Under the pieces are notes generated by a model that saw nothing but the letters and a program-made list of their open reading frames with translations, did no database searches and was not told the origin of the DNA. Shown piece after piece: positions 1 through 14,094 of a stretch of DNA of 64,000 nt. Numbering within the stretch: position 1 is the first letter of the stretch; each line of letters opens with the position of its first letter. The position numbers and the translations under genes were made by a program. The stretch is from Eledone cirrhosa (Eukaryota), in the NCBI GenBank assembly GCA_964016885.1, contig OZ024741.1:109492001-109556000 (forward strand), written 5' to 3'.

Positions 1-194
1 CTAAAAGTGACCTCTGCCACAAATATCCCAATCGTGAATGTCATTAAATCGATAAGACAGATCCTGTGTAGGGCTGAAATTAGACCCGAGATATCCATAA
101 ACTATTGTTTTATTAGAAGTGTTCAATTATTTTAGCGAAATTGATGTTAAAATATAATATAACTTTTAGAGGTTAGTAACCGTAATTTGTACCT

Positions 195-620
195 ATTAGC
201 AGAGTTGTTAGAACGTGTGATAGAATGCTTTGCAGTATTCGTTCCAACACTCCGTTATCTGAGTTCAAATCTTGCAAATGTCAATTTTGCGTTTCAGCCT
301 TTAGGAGGTCGATAAATCAAAAGCACCAAATTAGCACAGGGGTCGATTATTCTTCTATATCTCTTTTTCACTTCCTCACTATCCTTCTCTATATTCAAAC
401 GTCAGGTTTTAACAAATTCCTCCTAAACGCCATATTTCACTACGAATTCCCAACGACACCACAAGGAGTTACGCGTCAAAGAGACTGGCTAAAAAGTTAT
501 AATATTTATTCAGGCTCTCTGTGCTCTGAGTTCAAATCCTGCCGAAGTTAAATATGCTTTTATTCCTTTCGATTTCGATTTTTTAAAAATACCAGTCCAG
601 TACTAGCGTCAATTGTTCCA
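195..620 (+). mobile_element. Two degraded copies of tRNA-derived SINE family A (about 195-360 and 495-620)
   Basis: B-box-like CTGAGTTCAAATC followed by the family body (tttgc..ttca.cctt..gggtcgataaa..aagtacca) shared with the better copies at 13906 and 16800. Confidence 0.7.
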
Positions 621-819
621 CTATGTCACTTTCTCATTTCCTAATTTACAATGTAGATATTTACGATATATGTGTCTGTATAAAACGCAGCATAACGGAA
701 AGGTTAAGAAAGATCGCTTCAAAAAGATTAGATCTCGTTTCCGATCCCATTGGATGGCATCAGAGACAAGTGTTAATTACCATAATTCGATCGGCATAAC
801 TGTTCTGAAGCCCGTCAGA

Positions 820-990
820 TGGAGTTTAGTTGTAATTTAAAGGGGCTACACTTGTCAACCACTGTCACACTGAATCCCCCAGGTAACTACTTTAAGGGTA
901 CATGTTTTAACATGCTCTGTTATTTTTATGAGCAGGATATAGCGTAGATCGAACAACTGGGGTGATCATCGTCGAATTTAATGGGGGTCC
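820..990 (+). mobile_element. 3' part of SINE family B
   Basis: actgtcacactgaatccc..aactactttaagggtaca..gaacaactgg matches 43840-43985. Confidence 0.55.
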
Positions 991-1444
991 CTTCTTTAAA
1001 TCTTTCTCACTTCCTATCTCCTCTACTCCCCCCACCCCATTCTCTCTCTCTCGTATATCGTGATGACGCTCCCTACGACTCCATCAGGTATTACGACACA
1101 ATTGAAAATACTGAAGGCTGACGCTTTCATCCTCATCTCAAACACTTATCGATTGTTTTCAATTTGCTGCCGCCCGGTAAATTGTTTGGAGAATGAGAGA
1201 GAGTAGCGAATATTGACCGAATAAAGGAGTCAGCGAGTACAGCTAGGAGAAGACACTAATGTTTGCTATAATCCTGATTATTAATGGTTAAATCATTTGT
1301 ATCACACCCTTATCCCCCGGCTCGTTTTTATGTAGCTTTACCCAGCCCCACATGGAATGTAATACTACATTTATGAGGTTTATTTTATATGAGTGAGCCT
1401 TTGTGCCTCACAAATTAACCGTTTGTTATCAGTATTAGTAATAA

Positions 1445-1600
1445 TGGGCGATGAATTAGCAGAGACGTTAGATTATTCAATAAAATGTTTTGTGGATTTC
1501 TTCCCAGCTCTCTGCGCTCTGTCAATCCCGCCAAGGTCAATTTTGCTTTTCAACCTTTCGAGGTCGATAAAAAAAGTACCAGTCCAGCACTGGTCAATTC
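1445..1600 (+). mobile_element. SINE family A, degraded
   Basis: ggcgatgaattagcaga head; aatcccgccaaggtcaattttgcttttcaacctttcgaggtcgataaaaaaagtaccagt body. Confidence 0.7.
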
Positions 1601-2094
1601 TTCCTCTATAGCTCTTTATGGCTTCCTCTCTATTACTTTAACTCTCTTTCTCTGGATGAAATCAACTATCGTCAAAATTGAGAGGAGATGGGATCAGCCA
1701 GGTTTTTGAAAGATGCCCCCAAACCGCTGTATTTAACTACGGCACACATACGACTCCATCAGAGTTGTAGGTCCACACATACATACGTGTTTTGCCCGAA
1801 ATGCAATGTAAATACTACGTTTGTGACGTTTATTTTATAGTATGAGAACCCTTGTGACTCATAAATGAAATGTTTGATATTAATATTAGTAGCATTATTA
1901 GGATTAGTGTATATTCACCCATTCTCTTTCGTCATTCAAAATACATGAACGACAACAACAATAGTTAATTAGTAATAATAAAGAAATATTAGAAAGATAC
2001 ACACAGACAAAGAGAAAGGTGGTGGTAGAGGGGGGAACAGAGAGAAATAGAGACCTAAATACACACAGATATACACACATATAGATGCTTTCAC

Positions 2095-2330
2095 GGGGAC
2101 ACACAAAAGCGTTCACTCCCTCAAAGGCACAACATGATTTTTCAGTATTAAGTAGAGATGCTTGGGTGGTAGTGGTGGTGGTGGTGGTGGTAGCGGTGGT
2201 TGTTGTCTTCTTGTGTAAAGGTGACGGCCGGTGGAGGAGAACACTGCGTCTGTATGTAATTGTTGCTGTTTTCTCAGTCATGTCCTCATTATGGCAGACA
2301 TTTAGCTGAGCAATAATTGAATAGAATTCA
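2095..2330 (-). CDS. Candidate coding exon 3 of a secreted protein (S)EFYSIIAQLNVCHNEDMTEKTATITYRRSVLLHRPSPLHKK-polyT-QASLLNTEKSCCAFEGVNAFVCP; 3' boundary uncertain
   Basis: tttcag acceptor, phase 2 compatible with exon 2571-2624, open frame (ORF 1904..2344). Donor could be at 2117 (GGA|gtgaac) or 2095 (C|gtgaaa), both weak. Confidence 0.55.
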
Positions 2331-2570
2331 CTGAAACACCTCACCTCATCTCAGCTTACCCACCCACTTCGATACCCGCTACCTACCTACCTGCCCACAT
2401 ACATACATACACACATATATACAATGCACATACATACACACATACATACAATGCATACATACATTGCATACATATATATATACTATTGCTATCCTACACC
2501 TAACCACCACCTGCATACCCAGCTTGTCTGTACTACACACCTACCTGTCTATTTTAGATAACCAACTCAC

Positions 2571-2623
2571 CTGACTTCATTAGAACATTCTTGCTTCTTA
2601 CACACGTTGTTTCCATCATCCGA

Positions 2624-2624
<1 letters not shown>
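2571..2624 (-). CDS. Candidate coding exon 2 (54 nt): (L)[17 protein letters not shown](S)
   Basis: atatag acceptor downstream of a (TC)n/(TA)n tract, consensus AG|gtgagt donor, phase 2-2, unique sequence island between microsatellites. Confidence 0.65.
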
Positions 2625-2717
<93 letters not shown>

Positions 2718-2958
2718 TAAATATATGCATAAATATATGGATATGGATATATGCATGCATGCATGTATGTATGTATATATAAATATATATATATGAATGT
2801 AAATACATGAGTATACGTACATGTGTATATACATATATACTCATAAATGTGCGTCTGTGTGTGTGAGAGAGAGAAGAGAATGTGTGTGTGTGGGGGGGGG
2901 GGGTATCTGTGTGTGTGTGTGTGTGTCTGGGTGTGTATCTGCGTGTGTGTGTATATGT

Positions 2959-3003
<45 letters not shown>

Positions 3004-3024
3004 GTGTGTGTGTGTGTGTGTTAC

Positions 3025-3134
3025 AGATGGACTTTGATATTTTGGTTTTCCTCAGTAGCGCTAAAGAATGTTTCTGCTGGAATCACTGAGAGAGATATGG
3101 CTAGGAGAGCTGAGACAAACAGAAAGCGTCTCAT
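3025..3134 (-). CDS. Candidate first coding exon with signal peptide MRRFLFVSALLAISLSVIPAETFFSATEENQNIKVH
   Basis: ATG at 3134, basic n-region plus hydrophobic h-region, CT|gtaaca donor in phase 2 joining in frame to 2571-2624; possible acceptor (ttacag) at 3159. Confidence 0.65.
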
Positions 3135-3383
3135 GAGGATCTCTTGCACTAGACCATACTGTAACCACAACTTTCTTAAAATGGGTTTTCTCCAAAAGCT
3201 ATTTGTTACTTCCTCTATGTTTCTATTTTTTTTCTTTTATTTCTCATTCTATCTTTTGATGAAGAACTAACGACCGAAACGTTACAGCTCTTTCCTATCA
3301 AGCGGAAATCTAATATATTTCTTCGTTGTAGTGTATCGTTTAATGTGTTTCTTTTTAATTTAATTTCGCACGCGCGCGCACAA

Positions 3384-3461
<78 letters not shown>

Positions 3462-3639
3462 ATTCTACTTCTATGTGTCCATGTATTTCTACTCCTCTTA
3501 TTGGGACTTTTACTCACTTGTACCCATTAGCACACGACACTAGAATGTCTCACCCTGAGAACAAAAATAAATATTACCCGATTATATCCCTTACTCTACA
3601 TCCCACTAGGATAACTTATAGAGGATCTATATAATACAA

Positions 3640-5030
3640 TTAATGTTTCTTCATAAAAGACTCTCTTTAACTAAACCCCGCAACTCAAAACCTTAATAAA
3701 GATTTTTTTAATTTTTTAAACGTTTAATTTTTAATGTTCTATTTGTTCAATTCTCAATCTTCTTACTCTTTAATTTTATAATGTTATTCTGAATTATTTC
3801 AACTTCATCCTATAAATCTAAACTATATTTTAACGTTACAACTTTCTGTCGGACTGTTGGTTTGGTTTTCCTGGCGGCGGGACCGGCCCCCTGGCGCATA
3901 GGCCTACCTTGAGTGCTTGGAAAAATAAATTTCCTCTTCTTTCGGTAAATGAAACTACTCGGAGTGGCTTGATTCGCCCCGGGGGCCCGGCGCACAGCCA
4001 GTTTTTTTACCGCCATATAGTACCTTTAAATTACAGATCAAATCAGAACTATTAGATGTATCACGCCTCCCTCTACTTAAGCAAATCCCCCTCCTGGATA
4101 AAGGAATAGTACTGGTTTTGTACAAGGATGGCCTAACGATGCGGGCTGACTTCCTGCTGGCGCACCTGAAGCCTGTTATACATTCCTAGAGTGCTCGGAA
4201 AAATCGATTTCCATATCTTTCGCTAGACGATATCACTCGGAGTGATGGGCTGCGCAAGCTTGTGGTCGCCGCATGCTGTTTGACGGCTAAACAAAGACAT
4301 AATCTTTACTCTATAATAAAATTTAAGTTTCTTCATAAAAGACTCTTTCTTTGCTTAAACCGCGCAACCTTAAAAATGTTAAACTGTTTAACTCTCAATT
4401 TTCTAATTTCTTTAATTTTATAATGTTAATATTAAATATTAATCTTTAAATATTAATCTTTAACTTCATCCTATAAATCTAAACAAAAATGTAACGTCCC
4501 AATCTTCTGCTCACACATTATAACATACAGACCCACAAGATACGGGTCCCTTTGAAAATATTTTTTCGTGCCATTCCTGGCCTGACTGTAGTTTGACATT
4601 AATATCGACCTTTCTATCTTTCTTCTTGTAGCCATCAACCTTGACTTTTCTTCTTCTTCCTTTTCTTCTTCTCTTCCCCCTTCTTTCTGTCTTTCTCCTT
4701 GTGGCATGATATTAACGCTGACTTTCCTCCCCCTTTTTGTTTGCCAATATTTGACCGGTAGTAGTTGTTAAGATACGGGTCCTTTAGAATAAATATTTTT
4801 CGCGACATTCCTGGCCTGACTGTAATACCGACCCTTCCTCCTCTTTCTTTCTGTCTTTCTTCTTATAGCTGACCTTAACCCTGACTTCTCTTCTTCTTCC
4901 TTTTCTTCCTTCCCCCTTCTTCTCTCTTCTTTCTTTCTTTCTTTCTTTTTCCTTCCTCCTTCTTCTTCTCTCTACTTTCTTTCTTTCTTTCTTTTTTCTT
5001 GTGGCACGCTATTAACGCTGACTTATGTTC
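3640..5030. repeat. Nested diverged direct duplications (3640-3850 vs 4320-4510; 3880-4020 vs 4155-4290; 4535-4725 vs 4770-5025), probably a decayed non-autonomous element
   Basis: Repeated blocks tttcttcataaaagactct..aacttcatcctataaatctaaac and aagatacgggtcc..cattcctggcctgactgta..ttgtggca..attaacgctgactt. Confidence 0.6.
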
Positions 5031-5207
5031 ATGTTCCTATCCCTTTCTGTTTTCTTTTATTTGACCTATAGTAGCACACTGTAAGCTTTAGCCACGTCAC
5101 TAGAGGGCGATCGGCAAAGGCGGAAGATGCTGGATGGCGGTCGTCCTCGGGTCTTCGATTTCCAGCCCCATGGATTATATCTATTACATTCACTTATTAT
5201 ATTTCGA

Positions 5208-5265
5208 ATACCTGATGATATCACCGGATTCATACGGAACCCGGTCATTGAAATGATCATAGTAT
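5208..5265 (+). ncRNA. Type I hammerhead ribozyme motif
   Basis: atac CTGATGA t-at(c)accgg..ccggt(c)at-t GAAA tgatca TA gtat: stem I atac/gtat, palindromic stem III. Confidence 0.8.
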
Positions 5266-5456
5266 AATAAACCTTTCAAGGATTTACACAAGTCCAGCCT
5301 CCTGCCATTTCATTATAATATTTAACTCCGTACTAGCACCACCAACTACAAAAACAAAGACGGTTGAACTGCTTTACGTTGAGTACTCTCCATATTATTA
5401 CATCAAGATTGACCATACGGAATTGACCAGCTCTATCCAGTGGTGAACCTCAAACC

Positions 5457-5521
<65 letters not shown>

Positions 5522-5659
5522 GTATATATGTATATATATATTTATGTATATATGTATATATATATATATATATATACATATATACATAAATATATATATA
5601 TATACATATATATATACATATATATATATATACACATGTATATATATATATATATATAT

Positions 5660-6105
5660 AATATAAGTATGTTTACGTACATACATATATGTATACAGAC
5701 GTACAGTAGTATGTATATATATATACATACATGCACACACATATATATATATATGTACGTATTTATTTACCGAACATTTCTTATAATGCTCGGTTTGTTT
5801 GTAAACAAACATCCCGAATTAAGCCGTACAGTGTTTAGCAACCATCGTTGCCTTTTTGTTCAACACTGACAAAGGAACGATGTACTAGTTTCAAGCTTAT
5901 TAGCTATCGTCAGCACTGTATACCTTCCTGCCAGATGATTGAACGTCTGAAAGTATATACTTTCCTTATGCATATTAACGGCTGAGCAGCCTAATTTGTA
6001 TATCGAGTGAGTTAATCGGCCGGGCACACCGAAAACGATAAATGGAAAAAATGAAACGAAATTTCATTTCTCACTCTTAGTACGGCTGTTACTTAAATAC
6101 AAGTA
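5660..6105 (-). mobile_element. About 430-bp hammerhead-containing non-autonomous element (PLE pLTR/retrozyme-like); HHR at 5880-5916
   Basis: Reverse complement of 8810-9238; minus strand reads tg CTGACGA tagct-aata-agctt GAAA ctag TA ca. Confidence 0.75.
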
Positions 6106-6555
6106 TGTCATTCGGTATATATTCCCATCATAAACTTCTTTCCTTGTAGTTGATTGCATGATATATACATCTTCTAATGGGGGTCAGATTATATCCAAAA
6201 TCGATTAAATACGTTTATCATTTTTATAATTTACAGGGAAATTCATATTTTTTTGTATGTTTCCATGCCCTACATATCAGATATGTGTATATATTTATAT
6301 ACAAGTTGATGCAGTTTCGGTTTCACACTATATATTTATACAGATATATCTTCGTCCAGCACATCTGCGGGTAACGCACTACTTAATTTATATCTTAATT
6401 GATTAGAAACACGAGCGTTAGTTATATGCAAATTAGTAAATCCATTTCAGAATGATACTAAGAGCAAATACGTATATGCACCAATCATATACATGTTTAT
6501 TCTCGTGGTTGATTGGTTGATTGGATATATAGATATATATATCCAATATATATAT

Positions 6556-6586
<31 letters not shown>

Positions 6587-6652
6587 CACAGATATATATA
6601 TATATATATCCAATATATATATATACATACATACATATATATATATATACAC

Positions 6653-6742
<90 letters not shown>

Positions 6743-6766
6743 ATATATATATATTGATATATATAT

Positions 6767-6862
<96 letters not shown>

Positions 6863-6970
6863 GGTGAGTAATATTGTAGAACAATAAATCTATGCATATA
6901 TCAGATAAGTAGCACTCAACAGTTGGTACAACTGGAGTATATATAATAAAGAAGAAATTAAAAGATGGTT

Positions 6971-6998
<28 letters not shown>

Positions 6999-7001
<3 letters not shown>

Positions 7002-7711
7002 TAGCGAGAATCGTATTTCGGCTTTGGTATTAGCGAAACACAACTTCCGAGATGTGTGGCAAGCGCTCAATAATTCTGACGAACCAGAGCTACAACATAC
7101 GTTAAAGGCCAAACACACTGAGACGATGGTTAAACCGTCATCCGCACAGCCATAGAAACGACCAAGTAATTCGGGTCAAACAAATAAAAAAATATGTGAT
7201 TGAAAAAATTTACCCGGACCCCTGTATGGTTGGTAAAATCCAGCATTTGGCTTTCTGCGACTCCTAAATGAAGTACTGTCCGCTTAGACAAATAATGTTA
7301 GGTTTCTGGTAAGATGATTGAACAAGGAAGTCACTTTCTCAACAGGTTTTAGTTCAAGTGCCAGGCAAAGGAATGACCGTTACCGATACCCACGTGGGGC
7401 TCGACAAGGGAGGCAACCCTTATTTTTGGCGGATGAAATTCAGTATGTGTATATTATTGCAAAAATGCAAAATATCACAAAACGAATTAAGCTCTTAACA
7501 GAATGGTTATAAGTTAACAAAAGCTATTCAACAGTCAATAGAATCAACTAAAAAATTCAAGAAAATTAACAGGTCAATAGCTAGACTTTGGAGATTAATA
7601 CAAATATAAATTAGCGAGAATCGTATTTCGGCTTTGGAATTAGCGAAAAACAATTTCCGAGATGTGTGGCAAGCGCTCAATAATTCTGACGAACCAGAGC
7701 TACAACATACG
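6999..7711. mobile_element. About 710-bp element with about 103-bp direct terminal repeats inserted in (TA)n
   Basis: aattagcgagaatcgtatttcggctttgg..gagctacaacatacg at 6999-7101 and 7609-7711; interior resembles 12685-12840. Confidence 0.7.
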
Positions 7712-7934
7712 TATATATATATTAGAACGTGAGGTTTTTTTATAAAATGAAAAATAACCGACGTGTCCTACACGAGTGAAAGTATAAGGAAAAAAGATGA
7801 AATCGAAAATGCAACTGGAGTCTCATTTTAAAAAAAATATATATATATATTTGGTTCATTTACCGGTTTCGCAGTTCTTCTGCTTTTCAAAAGTAGATTT
7901 GAGATGGAGGGTCTGTGGTTTTTCATAAATATAT

Positions 7935-8149
7935 ATAGGAACAAGTATGACCCCGACGGCAGAGCTTCAAGCCGTTTTGACGGGTAATTCTGGACTAAAA
8001 AGAATTCTGGACTAAAAGAATTAGCCGTCGAAGGGCTTGAGATCTGCCATTGGGGTCATTCTTGTTCCTATTATCCACTCTACTACCTTAAGTATTGAGT
8101 ACTTTGGTGCGTTATGTTCCATCTGGTTCCTTACCACATTTCCTTCGTT
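7935..8149 (+). mobile_element. Hairpin-plus-tail repeat, copy 1
   Basis: Imperfect fold-back 7935-8071 then tail ccactctactac..cttcgtta shared with 10851-11043 and 39931-40031. Confidence 0.7.
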
Positions 8150-8399
8150 ATATATATATATATATATATATTATATAGTTCAAGAAGACAACAAATAGAG
8201 GCATAAAAAGTCTTATTAGTTTCATGCTTTATATTGAAAAGAGGAAAGAAAGTTTGACGTATCAGGCTTACTTAAGCCCTTCTTCAGGAGTACACATAGA
8301 GACAAGATCACAATTGAGAAACCGAAAGAGGTCCTGTAAAGACACACAAGAAAAACGAAAATGAAGAGGGATTATATACATATATATATACATATACAT

Positions 8400-8450
<51 letters not shown>

Positions 8451-8635
8451 CTATCCAAGGAAAACTTGAACCGTTAAGGTATATTCTCCTTGGTTATGTC
8501 AAAAGTCATAAAACAGACTTTGTATTTTATCTGATGATAGCGTACCAAAATGTTGGTACCCTTGAAATATATATATGAATATTGAAGAATAAATATGGTT
8601 TTATAAATATAGTTTCCATTTATTTAATATCATTG
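8451..8635 (+). mobile_element. Short HHR-bearing element (core CTGATGA 8531, GAAA 8564; stem I disrupted), same family as 26162-26500
   Basis: Sequence match to reverse complement of 26162-26332; stem II gtaccaa/ttggtac. Confidence 0.65.
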
Positions 8636-8676
8636 TATATATATATATATATATACATACACACACACACACACAT

Positions 8677-8732
<56 letters not shown>

Positions 8733-8736
<4 letters not shown>

Positions 8737-9232
8737 CGTGCATGTATGTATATATATATACATACTACTGTACGTCTGTATACATATATGTATGTACGTA
8801 TACATACTTATATTTAAGTTACAGCCGTACTAAGAGTGGGAAATGAAATTTCGTTTCATTTTTTCCGTTTATCGTTTTCGGTGCACCCGGCCGATTAACC
8901 CACTCGATATGCAAATTGGGCTACTCAGCCGTTAATATGCATAAGGAAAGTATATACTTTCGGACGTTCAACTATCTGGCAGGAAGGTATACGTTGCTGA
9001 CGATAGCTAACAACCTTGAAACTAGTACAGCGTTCCTTTGTCAGTGTTGAACAAACGAGCAACCGTGGTTGCTAGACACTACGGCTTAATACGGGATGTT
9101 TGTTTACAAACACACCGAGCATTATAATAAATGTTTGGTGAATCCATACGTACATATATATATGTGTGCATGTATGTATATATATACATACTACTGTACG
9201 TCTGTATACATATATGTATGTACGTATACATA

Positions 9233-9238
<6 letters not shown>
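8733..9238 (+). mobile_element. 1.2-mer of an about 430-bp HHR-containing unit (about 78-bp terminal redundancy) within (TA)n
   Basis: 8733-8812 repeated at 9161-9238; HHR in the middle. Confidence 0.75.
8992..9032 (+). ncRNA. Minimal type I hammerhead motif
   Basis: cgttg CTGACGA tag..ctt GAAA ctag TA cagcg. Confidence 0.75.
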
Positions 9239-10045
<807 letters not shown>

Positions 10046-10079
10046 CATATATATATATCTTTATATATATATATATATA

Positions 10080-10695
<616 letters not shown>

Positions 10696-10749
10696 AATGG
10701 CTGAAACAGGTAAAAGAGTAAAAGAGTAATATATATATATATATATCTT

Positions 10750-11043
<294 letters not shown>

Positions 11044-11099
11044 ATATATATATATATATATATAAATATACACGGGTGTGTATGATTGTGTATAGAAGA

Positions 11100-11384
11100 T
11101 TATATTAATAAAAGGAATTCCAACTTTACTCGTTTTATTTACAATCCTTTAAAATTATAATGATATTATAATGAAATAGTATGGTAGAATATTAAATGTT
11201 AAGTGTTAATTGAACAAGTACTTTCATGCTTTCGCAATCTTCAGGTTCATATTCAGTGGTGACAGTCAAGTTTGCAATTTGAAAATTTCTAATATTCTAC
11301 CATACGATTTCATTATAATATCATTATAATTTTAAAGGATTGTAAATAAAACGAGTAAATCAAACAAAGTTGGAATTCCTTTTA

Positions 11385-11391
<7 letters not shown>
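11100..11391 (-). mobile_element. Fold-back cassette: about 95-bp inverted arms around a hammerhead
   Basis: Arms 11100-11195/11290-11391. Confidence 0.75.
11211..11249 (-). ncRNA. Minimal type I hammerhead motif
   Basis: Minus strand: tgaac CTGAAGA t-tgc-gaaa-gca-t GAAA gtac TT gttca. Confidence 0.8.
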
Positions 11392-11480
<89 letters not shown>

Positions 11481-11682
11481 AATGGAAGTACAGCATATTA
11501 AAAGCCAGAGCCTCAGCTAAGCCGACGAATGCTTTCAGCAATGCAGTCAAGCACTCGACAAGGTATAGGACTCAGAGTAATAACATACATTTTAAAGGGA
11601 TTTGCAAAATGAAGACAGCGACCGGTAATTCAGCCGCAGGATCCGTAGCAACGAATGAACTGACTCGTGAGAAAAAATACAT

Positions 11683-11730
<48 letters not shown>

Positions 11731-11979
11731 TGTGACTAATCCCGGTTTTTTAATAAAAACTGCGATAATATTGCTTTTTGCTGAACTCCTTTTGTAGAGT
11801 TTTTTTCGGAATGTATTTGACTGTTGTTTCTTGTAAACAAACATTCGCCTCATTCTGACGTCACTAGCCCCGTCTTTCCTCATGTGCGTTTTTCATAATC
11901 ACGCATGATGTTGAACTAGCCAGTTTTAAAATTCCCTTTTTGGCATATAAATTTGTGAGAGTCCTGGTTATCGAGTTGA

Positions 11980-12059
11980 GCTCTGCTGACGATTGAAATC
12001 CAACCGTGACCATCTCCACTGAAAGTCTTCATGAAATAGTCTTGAAGACTATACAGAGC
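11980..12059 (+). ncRNA. Type I hammerhead with full stem III
   Basis: gctctg CTGACGA ttgaa..ttcat GAAA tagtct-tga-agacta TA cagagc; perfect 6-bp stems I and III. Confidence 0.85.
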
Positions 12060-12302
12060 ATTTGAAGTTTTTCCAAATTGAAGGATGAGTATTTTAGACT
12101 TTATTTTATCATGAGTTAAGGCTCTATTGATTTTTCAATGGATTTCACTAAATTCTGTGTATGAATTTATATCCTGATTCTATTTGAGATGAGTTTGAAT
12201 TATTTTTCCCATATCTTACGTTAACTATTTTTCTCATCTTGACGCTATAGTCGATATATGTTATGGAATACTGCTAGCTTCTCGCTACAACAATTTCTAT
12301 AC

Positions 12303-12348
<46 letters not shown>

Positions 12349-12349
<1 letters not shown>

Positions 12350-12988
12350 TAGCAGATTTACGCGGCGTTGCCCGGGTTTGAAATTATGCTAAGAATAGAC
12401 AGCTAGGAAGTAAAAGAAGAAAATTATTCGTCCCCAACCTGTCAAAATAAGCAGAAGTCTTCAATAATTATTGCAAACGAATATTTAGTGCAATATTTGT
12501 ACACATAAAACTATGTTGATAATGAAGGAAAATTTTGTTTTAACTGATTTCTTCAATTTTGTTTTAACTGATTTCTTCACTTCGAAAATTTTGCAATATC
12601 TCATTTAGGTTTCTGTAAATCCGAAATCAACAAAATCCGCTTGCAGTGTATGCAAGTTAAGTTTCTGGAAGATCGAACAGTGGATTTACTTTCTCAACAG
12701 GCTTTCGTTCTGACCCCAATTCGGTTGTGAGGGCACATGTTACTCCAAGGGGAGCTAACTCCGGTTTTTGGCGGTCAAATTCGAATTATGAGCAATGGAA
12801 AAAGTTCCATACACAAACTGAATTAAGCACTCAACCAGACCGATATTAAACAAACAAAATAATTAACCAATTAATGAAAATGTCAAATTAAATTAATCAA
12901 TTAATCATTAGGTCAAGGAAATAGTAACACAAATGGAAGTACAGCATATTCGAAGCTCGAGCCGCAACTAAGCCGACGAATGCTTTCA

Positions 12989-12990
<2 letters not shown>
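12349..12990 (-). mobile_element. Non-autonomous Helitron-like element (3' end at 12349; 5' limit uncertain)
   Basis: Minus strand ends cccgggcaacgccgcg..ctgCTAG|T, matching the 3' hairpin and CTAG of 63402-63430. Confidence 0.65.
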
Positions 12991-13087
<97 letters not shown>

Positions 13088-13468
13088 TTATACAATATAT
13101 TTATACAAATATATATACAAGCACAATAACTATCACTTTGTAATACTACCACTTGCTTCCTTTTTCACTCCCACATTATCTCCTTTTCAACCAGTAAATT
13201 CTCACCGTTTCTGATTCTCTCACTCTTTCCATCTTTCTCTCTGTCCTTCTATCTTTCGCTCTCTCACTCTCTTTCTAAAGATTTCAGATTTCATTACAAT
13301 TACGATTTGTGTGCGGGGGGGGGGGGGGGGATAAACATTTTAACTCAGCGAAGCGAAAAAATATAAACAGGAGACACTCGAATTAGTTATAGTGTATAAG
13401 TATTTACGTATATATATACATGTATATATACATACATGTATATATATGTATATACACACACACACACA

Positions 13469-13531
<63 letters not shown>

Positions 13532-13905
13532 CTACCAGAAAAATGGTTTTCTGTTAGCATATTGATATTATGCGCAAGTATATATACATGTAGATATGAT
13601 ATATCAAATAAAATCCTAATTGACAATGCACACAGAAATTGAACGAAGACTGCGTTACACTGTCTTATGTAATCAGTAACATAATCCATGATACTTTAAA
13701 AAAGACGATATTATATATAAACTGCATTAGGAGAAAATTAGTGACGGAAATATATGAATGCTTATTTAAACGATCACTAATGTGTTGACATTTGAAAACT
13801 TTAAAGAAGTGAATCTTTAAATAAGCAATAAAATATATTTTATCAAAAGCTACGAAATTTAGAAGATAAATCATGTAATATTCATTCATTATTTATTATG
13901 GATTA

Positions 13906-14094
13906 TGGAGGGCGGTGGATTGGCACTATCGGTAGAGGGTCGGACGCCATGCTTTCCAGCATAGTTACGTCCCTTTACGATCTGAGTTCAAATCCCGCCG
14001 AGGTTGACTTTGCCTTTCATCCTTACGGGGTCGATAAAATAAAGTACCAGTAATGCACTGGGTATTTGCTGGCCTTGTGCTTAAAGTAGAAACA
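13906..14094 (+). mobile_element. SINE family A, young full-length copy with 18-bp TSD
   Basis: TSD attatttattatggatta at 13888-13905 and 14095-14112; A-box-like tggcactatcggt and B-box gagttcaaatccc. Confidence 0.85.

Noticed and set aside
1070-1895. Diverged local duplication (1358-1445 vs 1807-1895) as further exons of the minus-strand gene
   Set aside because: No convincing splice sites or open frame found
5450-6897. Dozens of [16 protein letters not shown] ORFs here and throughout the window
   Set aside because: Translations of dinucleotide and tetranucleotide microsatellites
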